Positions 1 through 7,734 of a stretch of DNA of 32,000 nucleotides are shown here, piece by piece. This DNA comes from Candidatus Saccharimonadota bacterium (GTDB taxonomy: Bacteria > Pseudomonadota > Gammaproteobacteria > Enterobacterales > Enterobacteriaceae). Where the stretch lies: assembly GCF_012562765.1 (NCBI RefSeq), contig NZ_CP046226.1, positions 180,001-212,000 on the forward strand, read 5' to 3'. The translations under genes and the position numbers were made by a program. Each line of letters starts with the position of its first letter. The first letter of the stretch is position 1. The notes beneath the pieces are model-generated. The model had not been told where the DNA came from, did not search any database, and saw nothing but the letters and a program-made list of their open reading frames with translations.

Positions 1-1
1 A

Positions 2-628
2 ATAACTGGATTAAAAAATATAAAAGAAGCAAAAAATTTATCAATTTTATTAAGATCTGGTTCATTAAGTGCACCTATACAAATAATAGAAGAACAAAAT
101 ATTGGTCCTTCAGTTGGTAAAGAAAATATTAAAAAAGGAATGAAAGCTTGTATTATAGGTATTTCAATATGTATTATATTTATGATATTTTATTATAATA
201 TATTTGGTATAATTGCAGTTATTGCTTTATTTATTAATTTAATTTTTATTATAAGTTTACTTTCTCTTTTACCTAATGCTACATTAACAATGTCAGGTAT
301 TGCAGGAATAGTTTTAACATTAGCTATTGCCATAGATGCAAATGTTTTAATTAATGAAAGAATAAAAGAAGAACTAGATAATGACATATCTATTCAAAAA
401 GCCATAGATTATGGTTATAAAGGAGCATTTTCTAGTATTTTTGATGCTAATATAACAAATTTAATTATTTCTAGTTTTTTATATAGTTTAGGTTCTAGAG
501 AAATACAAGGATTTGCTGTTACTACTTTTATTGGTATTTTAACATCTATGTTTACTTCTATAATTATTACTAGAGCAATAGTAAATATTATTTATGGTGG
601 TAAAAAAATAAAAAAATTACCTATTTAA
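2..628 (+). CDS. secD: Protein translocase subunit SecD, C-terminal part (5' end lies upstream of the window; the ATG at 140 is internal)
   Basis: The frame is open from the window edge. The translation ITGLKNIKEAKNLSILLRSGSLSAPIQIIEEQNIGPSVGKENIKKG matches the conserved SecD segment (E. coli ...LLRAGALPAP..IVEERTVGPSLG...). It is followed by the C-terminal TM bundle, and secF sits 40 bp downstream as in the secDF operon. Confidence 0.9.
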   Translation: MTGLKNIKEAKNLSILLRSGSLSAPIQIIEEQNIGPSVGKENIKKGMKACIIGISICIIFMIFYYNIFGIIAVIALFINLIFIISLLSLLPNATLTMSGIAGIVLTLAIAIDANVLINERIKEELDNDISIQKAIDYGYKGAFSSIFDANITNLIISSFLYSLGSREIQGFAVTTFIGILTSMFTSIIITRAIVNIIYGGKKIKKLPI

Positions 629-668
629 TGAATTAATAATTTTATTATTATGGAGAATATTAAATAAT

Positions 669-1616
669 ATGTATTTTTTTTTTAAAAAAATAACAAAAAT
701 TAAACAAAACACAATAAAATATTATGATTTTATGAAATGGAATAACTATGCTTTAGTTATTTCAATAATTTTAATTATATCTTCTATAATTATTATATCA
801 TATAGAGGTTTAAATTGGGGAATAGATTTTACAGGTGGTACAATAATAGAATTATATTTTAAAAAACCAATTAATAAATTAAATAATACTAGATTATTAA
901 TTCAAAAATTATATTCTTCAAAAATTGAAATTAATTTAATAAATAATAACCATAATTTAACTATTAAATTATCAAAAAATAAATATATTGTAAAAAATAA
1001 TCAAATAATTGATCCAAATTTAATAAATTTAATACAAAATTTATATAAACAAAAATTTATAATAAAAAAAACTGAATATATAGGTCCTAATATAGGTAAA
1101 AATTTAATTTTATCTGGTATCGCTACTATAATGATTGCATTAATAGGTATATGGACTTATGTAGGCTTACGTTTTGAATGGTATTTAGCATGTAGTACAG
1201 TAATGTCATTACTACATGATTTAATTATTACTATGGGTATAATTTCAATTTTTTATATTGAAATAGATCTTTCTATTATTTCTTCACTTATGTCTATAAT
1301 TTGTTATTCACTTAATGATAGTATTGTTATTTCAGATAGAATACGTGAGAATTGTCATAAATTAAGAAAAAGTAATATTTATTATATTATTAATTTATCA
1401 ATTAATCAAACTCTTAAAAGAAGTATTATTACTTCATTAACAGTATTAACTATGATATTTATTTTATATATTTTTGGAGGAATTATATTAAATAATTTTT
1501 CTTTAATTATGTTTATAGGGGTAATTTTTGGAACTATATCTTCCATATATGTTGTATCATCTGTAGCATTAAAAATGGGTATGAATATTAATCATATGAT
1601 TGATTATAAAAAATAA
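669..1616 (+). CDS. secF: Protein translocase subunit SecF
   Basis: 315 aa (E. coli SecF about 323 aa). YDFMKWNNYA and NWGIDFTGGT match E. coli YDFMRW... and NWGLDFTGGT. A multi-TM C-terminal half is present, and the gene lies directly downstream of secD. Confidence 0.9.
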   Translation: MYFFFKKITKIKQNTIKYYDFMKWNNYALVISIILIISSIIIISYRGLNWGIDFTGGTIIELYFKKPINKLNNTRLLIQKLYSSKIEINLINNNHNLTIKLSKNKYIVKNNQIIDPNLINLIQNLYKQKFIIKKTEYIGPNIGKNLILSGIATIMIALIGIWTYVGLRFEWYLACSTVMSLLHDLIITMGIISIFYIEIDLSIISSLMSIICYSLNDSIVISDRIRENCHKLRKSNIYYIINLSINQTLKRSIITSLTVLTMIFILYIFGGIILNNFSLIMFIGVIFGTISSIYVVSSVALKMGMNINHMIDYKK

Positions 1617-1644
1617 TCATTTTAAATTATTATTTTATCAAAAA

Positions 1645-1673
1645 AATAAGTTTAAATATAATTTAAACTTATT
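1645..1673. terminator. A/T-rich hairpin between convergent secF and rsmC, possibly a bidirectional terminator
   Basis: aataagtttaaat-ata-atttaaacttatt gives a perfect 13-bp stem with a 3-nt loop. An A-run lies 5' on the plus strand, which is a T-run after the hairpin on the minus strand. It sits in the 87-bp gap between two convergent stop codons. The stem has only two G:C pairs, so it is weak. Confidence 0.35.
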
Positions 1674-1703
1674 AAGTTAAACTTAATTTTTATATTAAAT
1701 TAA

Positions 1704-2726
1704 TTAAATATTTTTAATACTATATACAGTAAAACTTTTATTTTTACATAAAATATTAATTTTAAAAATTTTTTTAAATAATTTTAAATATGGTAAAAAA
1801 TTATTTGCAACAAAACGAAGTTCTCCACCATATTTTAAATAATTTCTTGCATTATAAATAATTTTATATATTACATCTAAAGAATAATGTAATCCTATAT
1901 GAAAAGGTGGATTAGATATAATTAAATCAAATTTTTTATTAATATTAGAATATATATTACTAGGAAATACATATGTATTTTTAATATTATTTATAAAAAT
2001 TGTTTTTTTACTTGAAGTAATAGCATTAGAATTAATATCTATTAAAAATAATAAATAATTTTTATTTGTAGTTCCTCCTATTATTGTAGAAATAATACCA
2101 GAACCACAACCAATTTCTAATATTTTTCCTTTTATATTATTAGGTTTAATAGTAGAAATCAATAATTTACTACCATAATCTAATTTATTAGAACTAAATA
2201 CACCAGGTAAGCTACTAATAATATAATTTTTATAAAAATAATTTATCCAATAAAGATTTTTATTAAAAAATATTTTTTTTTTTAAGAAACCATAATAAAT
2301 ACTACATTTTCTTGCATTAATAATTTTATTAAAATTAATATTATTAAATTTTTCTATGTTTTTTATTTGATTTATTCCACTATTATTTTCTCCTATTATA
2401 TAAATATCACTATTTATTGATAAAATAGATAATATATTTTCTAATAAAAAAATTGATTCACTTTTATTTTTTGACCAAAAAAATAAAAGTGTATTAAATT
2501 TATTTATTAATAAATTATCAACTAAATCATAATGTACTTTATTTTTTAAAAATTTTTTTAACCATATATAATAATCATATTGATGAGTATTGACAAAACT
2601 AATATAAGTATTTAAATAAATTGGTATAGAATCTCGAATATTACCAGAAAAAATTACATTACGATTTATAAATTTATTTTTAAATTTATGTAAAATATAT
2701 TTACTAATAGGTAATAATTTAAACAT
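1704..2726 (-). CDS. rsmC: 16S rRNA (guanine1207-N2)-methyltransferase RsmC
   Basis: 340 aa (E. coli RsmC about 343 aa). The two-domain layout is present, with a C-terminal SAM-binding motif ILEIGCGSGII and the N-methyltransferase motif NPPFH. Confidence 0.8.
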   Translation of the reverse strand: MFKLLPISKYILHKFKNKFINRNVIFSGNIRDSIPIYLNTYISFVNTHQYDYYIWLKKFLKNKVHYDLVDNLLINKFNTLLFFWSKNKSESIFLLENILSILSINSDIYIIGENNSGINQIKNIEKFNNINFNKIINARKCSIYYGFLKKKIFFNKNLYWINYFYKNYIISSLPGVFSSNKLDYGSKLLISTIKPNNIKGKILEIGCGSGIISTIIGGTTNKNYLLFLIDINSNAITSSKKTIFINNIKNTYVFPSNIYSNINKKFDLIISNPPFHIGLHYSLDVIYKIIYNARNYLKYGGELRFVANNFLPYLKLFKKIFKINILCKNKSFTVYSIKNI

Positions 2727-2735
2727 AAATTTATA

Positions 2736-3569
2736 TTAAATTTTACAATTTTCTGTATATAATTTTTTATCTTCCCAAGATAACATTGTTAATTTATTTC
2801 CCCAACAACAACCTGTATCTAATCCCATTATATGAGAAGGTGTATATCTACCATTTAAAGACGACCAATGTCCAAATAGTATTGTATATTTTTTATATAT
2901 ATCATTTGATATTAAAAACCATGGTTTTAATAATTTAGATACATTTTCAGGTTCTTCTTTTATTGTCATTTCTAATGTTCCATCTGGATAACAATATCTC
3001 ATTTTTGTTAATGAATTTATAATAAAATTAAAACGTTTAAATCCTGTAAGTTTATTATGATTCCAATCATTAGATTGATATTTTTTATTAGACATATAAG
3101 AAAAAAAAATTTTATTATTTTTACTTATTAAAATATTTTCTACTTCATTTGAAAAAGATTTAATCATATTAATATTATTCCATTGTGGAGTAATACCTGC
3201 ATGTGTCATTATAATTTTTTTTTCTCTATCTATTTGTACTAAAGGTTGATATTTTAACCAAGTATCAATAATAATAGAAATTTTTTTATCTGCTAATAAT
3301 TCTAATATTTTTTTATCATATATAGTACCTGTATTTGTTATACCTGAATGTAAAGCTATTAAATATAAATCATGATTACCTAAAACTAATTTTATAGATT
3401 CTTGAAAATCATATAAATAAAATAACATTTTATCAGAATCAGGACCACGAGCAATAATATCCCCAGTTAACCATAATTGATCTTTTTTATAATTAAAATT
3501 AACTTTATTTAATAAAGATAAGAATTCATTATAATAACCATGAATATCTCCAATAATATAAGTAGTCAT
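2736..3569 (-). CDS. apaH: Bis(5'-nucleosyl)-tetraphosphatase (symmetrical) ApaH
   Basis: 277 aa. The N-terminus MTTYIIGDIHGYYNEF matches E. coli MATYLIGDVHGCYDEL. Metallophosphatase motifs GDIHG, GDIIARGP and GNHD are present, as is C-terminal LDTGCCWG. It lies downstream of apaG as in E. coli. Confidence 0.92.
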   Translation of the reverse strand: MTTYIIGDIHGYYNEFLSLLNKVNFNYKKDQLWLTGDIIARGPDSDKMLFYLYDFQESIKLVLGNHDLYLIALHSGITNTGTIYDKKILELLADKKISIIIDTWLKYQPLVQIDREKKIIMTHAGITPQWNNINMIKSFSNEVENILISKNNKIFFSYMSNKKYQSNDWNHNKLTGFKRFNFIINSLTKMRYCYPDGTLEMTIKEEPENVSKLLKPWFLISNDIYKKYTILFGHWSSLNGRYTPSHIMGLDTGCCWGNKLTMLSWEDKKLYTENCKI

Positions 3570-3593
3570 ATAAGTTCTTGTATTTAAAAAAAA

Positions 3594-3971
3594 TTAATGA
3601 ATATAAGTTTTAATTGCTAAACGAAATACAGGAATATCTACATGAAAAATATTACTATTTTCATCTATCATAATATAATGTCCTTGCATAGTACCAATAG
3701 GTGTTTCTAAAATAGCCCCACTAGTATATTTAAAATCATTTCCAGGTTTTATATAAGGTTTTTTACCGATAACTCCTTCACCATGTATTTGAATTTTTTT
3801 ACCATTACCATTTGTTATTATCCAATAACGACTTATTAATTGTAATAATTTTTTTCCTAAATTATTAATAGTTATCGTATACGCAAAAACATAACGATTA
3901 GATTTAGGAATAGATTGTGATTCTATATAAATACTATTTACTTTTATATAAACTTGAGATAATGATTTCAT
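3594..3971 (-). CDS. apaG: ApaG (DUF525) protein
   Basis: 125 aa, the same length as E. coli Apa[43 protein letters not shown] and IPVFRLA align residue-for-residue with E. coli ApaG. Confidence 0.92.
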   Translation of the reverse strand: MKSLSQVYIKVNSIYIESQSIPKSNRYVFAYTITINNLGKKLLQLISRYWIITNGNGKKIQIHGEGVIGKKPYIKPGNDFKYTSGAILETPIGTMQGHYIMIDENSNIFHVDIPVFRLAIKTYIH

Positions 3972-3983
3972 AGTTTATATCCT

Positions 3984-4787
3984 TTATAAGGAATAGTTAT
4001 TTAATTCTAAATATTGAGCTAATTGACAATATTCTGATATTGAAACATTTTCAGCACGAATTTTATAATCTATACCAAATAGATTTAATTCGTCTACAGA
4101 AAATATATCTTTTAAACTATTACGTAATATTTTTCTTCTCATACTAAAAGCTTTTTGTACTATTTTTTTTAATAAATAAATATTATTTAATTTATAAGGA
4201 TTTTTTTTATATGGTTTTATATATACCATATTAGAAAATACTTTAGGAATAGGATAAAAAGATTTTGGATGTATTTCTATTAAAGACTTTATCCTACAAT
4301 AAAATTGTGCCATAATACTTAAACATCCATAATTTTTTTCACCAGTATTAGCAGTCAAAGTATTTACTACTTCTTTTTGCATTATAAAATTCATGTCTTT
4401 TATATTATCTATATAATTGTTAAATAAATGAAAGATTAATGTAGTAGCAATATTATAAGGTAAACTACCAAAAATACGTAATTTTTTTTTATGTTTTTTT
4501 ATTAAAAGATTATAATTAAATTTTAAAGCATCATCTAAATAAATTTTAATTTTAGATTCTATTATTTGTTTATTATACATTAAATAATGTACAAAATTTT
4601 TATCTATTTCAATAATAGAAATACAATTATTATATTTTATCATAGGAATAGTTAATGCACCTAATCCTGATCCTATTTCTACCATTATATTATGATGTTT
4701 AGGATTAATAATAGAAATAATTTTATTAATAATATATTTATCCTTTAATAAATGTTGTCCATATCCTTTTTTAAGAAAAAATTTCAT
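3984..4787 (-). CDS. rsmA: 16S rRNA (adenine1518/1519-N6)-dimethyltransferase RsmA/KsgA
   Basis: 267 aa. GQHLL, the SAM motif VEIGSGLGALT and GSLPYNI match KsgA motifs. It is syntenic with apaG-apaH. Confidence 0.92.
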   Translation of the reverse strand: MKFFLKKGYGQHLLKDKYIINKIISIINPKHHNIMVEIGSGLGALTIPMIKYNNCISIIEIDKNFVHYLMYNKQIIESKIKIYLDDALKFNYNLLIKKHKKKLRIFGSLPYNIATTLIFHLFNNYIDNIKDMNFIMQKEVVNTLTANTGEKNYGCLSIMAQFYCRIKSLIEIHPKSFYPIPKVFSNMVYIKPYKKNPYKLNNIYLLKKIVQKAFSMRRKILRNSLKDIFSVDELNLFGIDYKIRAENVSISEYCQLAQYLELNNYSL

Positions 4788-4847
4788 TTTATATTTTCTA
4801 TAATATTTTTTAAATAATAAAATATTAATTAATAATTTAACTATTAA

Positions 4848-6146
4848 TTAATATTTTTTATTATTATTTAACATATTATTTATATATACTCCATTTAAAT
4901 ATGTAAAAAACCAATGATTTAATTCTAAAACAAATCTTTCTTCCATAATTATTTCTTTTGCTTTTTTTTTAAAAAAATGATTTTTTTTTGAAAAATCTTT
5001 TATTTTTATTAATTTTATTAAATAAAAACCATCAGGTTGTTCAATAATAGGACTAATTTCATTTATTTTTAATTTATTAATAATATTTTGTATATTAAAA
5101 GAAAAATATTCTAAAGAAATTAATTTATTATTAGATTTAGATTGTATTAATTTATTTTCTTTAGAAAATAAATTAATTGCTTGTTCAAATTTTATTTGAT
5201 TATTAATAATAAGATCACGAATATTTTTTATTTTATTAATTAAAAATTTTTTAGTTAAATTATTTTTTTTGATAAAAATATATTTTATTAAAAATTTTTT
5301 TTGTAAATTATTTTTAATTTTTAAATCATTAATTCTTAATAAATAAAATCCTGAATCTAAATATATAGGACCTATTATATCTTTTACTTTTACTGAATTT
5401 AAATAATTAATAAATTTATCTGGTAAAAGATCTTTTGATTTCCAACCTAAATCTTGTTTTTGAATATTATTTTTATTATAAAAATCTACATTTTTTTTAT
5501 TACATGACAAAAAATTAATATTTTTTAATTTATTAATAAGTATTTTAGTTAAAAATAATTTTTTATTAAAATCATTTTTTAATAAATTTTTATTTATTGG
5601 TATATAAAATATAGTAATATCATATTTTATTGTATTTTTATTCTCTATAGAGAATAAATTTTTTAAAGAATCTATTTCTTCATCAAAAATAATTATTTTA
5701 TTTTTTATTTCTTCAAATTTAATTAAATTAATAATTAATTCTCTTTTTATAAAGTTATAATATTCTTCATAACTTATTTTATTATTTATAAGTTCCTTAT
5801 TAAAAATATTCATATTAACATTAAAATTTTTTATTGTATTTTGAATAATGTTATTAATATTATTATCTGGTATATAAATATTGTAATTTTTACTTATTTG
5901 CAAAAAAATATTATTAAGAAATAAATTTTTAATAAATTCTTGATTTATGATATTAAAATCATTAAGTAAATATTTATTTTTTTGATTATCAAATAAATTC
6001 ATTAAATTAAAAATATCTTTTTTTGTAATCATATCATTATTAATAATAATTCCTACTTGATCAATATTTTTAAATGAAGCATAAACATTACTATAATATA
6101 AAAAAGAAAATAAAGTTATAATAAATACTAATTTTTTAATTCGCAT
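4848..6146 (-). CDS. surA: Periplasmic chaperone / PPIase SurA (highly diverged)
   Basis: 432 aa (E. coli about 428 aa). There is an N-terminal signal peptide ending in VYAS. DLGWKSKDLLPDKF...DIIGPIYLDSGFYLLRINDLK aligns with E. coli QMGWGRIQELPGIF...[21 protein letters not shown], and the second parvulin remnant ISPIIEQPDGFYLIKLI aligns with MSAPVHSSFGWHLIELL. Its position is upstream of ksgA. Confidence 0.85.
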   Translation of the reverse strand: MRIKKLVFIITLFSFLYYSNVYASFKNIDQVGIIINNDMITKKDIFNLMNLFDNQKNKYLLNDFNIINQEFIKNLFLNNIFLQISKNYNIYIPDNNINNIIQNTIKNFNVNMNIFNKELINNKISYEEYYNFIKRELIINLIKFEEIKNKIIIFDEEIDSLKNLFSIENKNTIKYDITIFYIPINKNLLKNDFNKKLFLTKILINKLKNINFLSCNKKNVDFYNKNNIQKQDLGWKSKDLLPDKFINYLNSVKVKDIIGPIYLDSGFYLLRINDLKIKNNLQKKFLIKYIFIKKNNLTKKFLINKIKNIRDLIINNQIKFEQAINLFSKENKLIQSKSNNKLISLEYFSFNIQNIINKLKINEISPIIEQPDGFYLIKLIKIKDFSKKNHFFKKKAKEIIMEERFVLELNHWFFTYLNGVYINNMLNNNKKY

Positions 6147-6342
6147 CTTTTTCCCATTTTTAATAAAATTTTAATTAAAAAATTTTATTTTTTACTATAA
6201 ATAAATATTTAATTAAATAATAATATTTCAAATATTTATTATATAATATAATATAAAATGAATTATAAATAGTAATATTTATTAAAATATATTTATATTA
6301 TTAAATAAAATTTTAATTTTTCATATATTTATTGAGGAATAT

Positions 6343-7302
6343 ATGTCTTATTGGGGTAGATTAATTGGTTTTTTCATTAGTATTATGTTTGGAAATAGTA
6401 TTTCCAGTATAATATTTGCTATTATTATAGGTTCTATAATAGATAGAATAAATGAAATTTATAATAATCAATATTTTAATGATGAAAAATTAATAAAATT
6501 ATACCGCCAAACTATTTTTGAAGTTATGGGATATATTAGTAAATCTAAGGGATTTATTAGTATGAAAGATATTCAAATAACTTCAAGTTTAATGAAAAAA
6601 ATGGATTTAAATAAAAAAGATATCTTATTTGCACAAAATGCATTTAATAAAGGTAAAAAAAATGATTATCCATTAATTCATAAATTAAATAACTTATATG
6701 AAATATTATTTAATAATAATAATAATAATGATTTATTAGATCAATTTATAGAAGCTCAAATAAAGATAGCATTTATCAATGATTATTTAAATAATAAAAC
6801 AAAAAAAATATTATATACAATATTTAATGAATTAAACATATCTGAAGAAAAAATAAAATATTTTATAAATACATTAATTTTAAATAATTCAGTAAAAGAC
6901 TTTTTTTTCAAAGATTTTTTTAAATATTATAAACATAATCAAAATTATAATTATTATTATAATTTTTTTGATAATTTTAATTATTATCATAATAATGATT
7001 ATAATCAAGATTATAATAATAATAATTATAATAATAATTATAATAATAATTATAATAATAATTATAAACAAGATGATGATTATAATCGATTAAATATTGA
7101 TAAAGCATATAAAATATTAGGAGTAAATAAAAATGATAGTATGTTAAAAATTAAAAGAGCTTATAGAAAATTAATGAGTAAATATCATCCAGATAAATTA
7201 ATATCAAAAGGATATTCTCCAGAAACATTAGAAAAAGCTAAAATAAAAACACAAAATATACAAGCAGCATATAATTTTATAAAAAATAAAAAATTTAATT
7301 AA
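6343..7302 (+). CDS. djlA: Co-chaperone DjlA (membrane-anchored DnaJ-like protein) with an expanded Asn/Tyr-rich linker
   Basis: The N-terminus MSYWGRLIGFF..IIGSIIDR matches E. coli MQYWGKIIGVA..LIGHMFDK. The C-terminal J domain AYKILGVNKNDSMLKIKRAYRKLMSKYHPDKLISKGYSPE..AKIKTQNIQAAYNFIK contains the HPD motif. It is divergent from surA as in E. coli, minus lptD. Confidence 0.88.
   Translation: MSYWGRLIGFFISIMFGNSISSIIFAIIIGSIIDRINEIYNNQYFNDEKLIKLYRQTIFEVMGYISKSKGFISMKDIQITSSLMKKMDLNKKDILFAQNAFNKGKKNDYPLIHKLNNLYEILFNNNNNNDLLDQFIEAQIKIAFINDYLNNKTKKILYTIFNELNISEEKIKYFINTLILNNSVKDFFFKDFFKYYKHNQNYNYYYNFFDNFNYYHNNDYNQDYNNNNYNNNYNNNYNNNYKQDDDYNRLNIDKAYKILGVNKNDSMLKIKRAYRKLMSKYHPDKLISKGYSPETLEKAKIKTQNIQAAYNFIKNKKFN
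7012..7065 (+). repeat. In-frame 12-nt tandem repeat (tataataataat = YNNN, about 4.5 copies) inside the djlA linker
   Basis: Read directly: tat aat aat aat aat, then (tat aat aat aat) x3, then tat. This encodes YNNNNYNNNYNNNYNNNY. Confidence 0.85.
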
Positions 7303-7303
7303 A

Positions 7304-7690
7304 TTATCCTTCAATTATAACAATTGCACAAACATATTTTTTTTCATCAGATAATGAAATATGAATATTTTTATATTGCATTTTATTTACAATATTTAAT
7401 GCTTGATTAAAAAATTTTAATTTTGGTTTACCATTTTTATTACTATATAATTCAAATTGATTAAAAAATATTCCATTAGTAAATCCAGTATGTAAAGCTT
7501 TTACAGCAGATTCTTTAATTGCAAATCTTTTAGCTAAATAATAAATATTATGTTTATTATTATTTTTAATATAATAATTCCATTCATTTATAGAAAGAAT
7601 TTTATGTGCAAAACGATTTTTGAATTTATAAAAAATCTTTTTAATCCTTTTAATTTCTACAATATCAATTCCTATTCCAATAATTTTCAT
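7304..7690 (-). CDS. acpS: Holo-[acyl-carrier-protein] synthase AcpS
   Basis: 128 aa (E. coli 126 aa). The N-terminus GIGIDIVEIKRI matches E. coli GLGTDIVEIARI, and AKRFAIKESAVKA matches AKRFAVKEAAAKA. It lies at the distal end of the lepA-lepB-rnc-era cluster as in E. coli. Confidence 0.88.
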   Translation of the reverse strand: MKIIGIGIDIVEIKRIKKIFYKFKNRFAHKILSINEWNYYIKNNNKHNIYYLAKRFAIKESAVKALHTGFTNGIFFNQFELYSNKNGKPKLKFFNQALNIVNKMQYKNIHISLSDEKKYVCAIVIIEG

Positions 7691-7734
7691 ATTAAATAAA
7701 ATTTATTATTAATTAATAAAATAAATATAAAAAA

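Noticed and set aside
193-387. Short antisense ORFs at 193-387 (inside secD), 8905-9126 (inside rnc) and 20887-21114 (spanning the mutL start and tRNA-Gly).
   Set aside because: Each is completely overlapped by a well-supported gene on the other strand. The last one would read through a tRNA gene. None shows independent coding signals.
6889-7071. A 60-aa minus-strand ORF that is almost pure poly-Ile.
   Set aside because: It is the mirror image of the djlA Asn/Tyr repeat: AAT/TAT codons read as ATT/ATA on the opposite strand. It is an artefact of the repeat.
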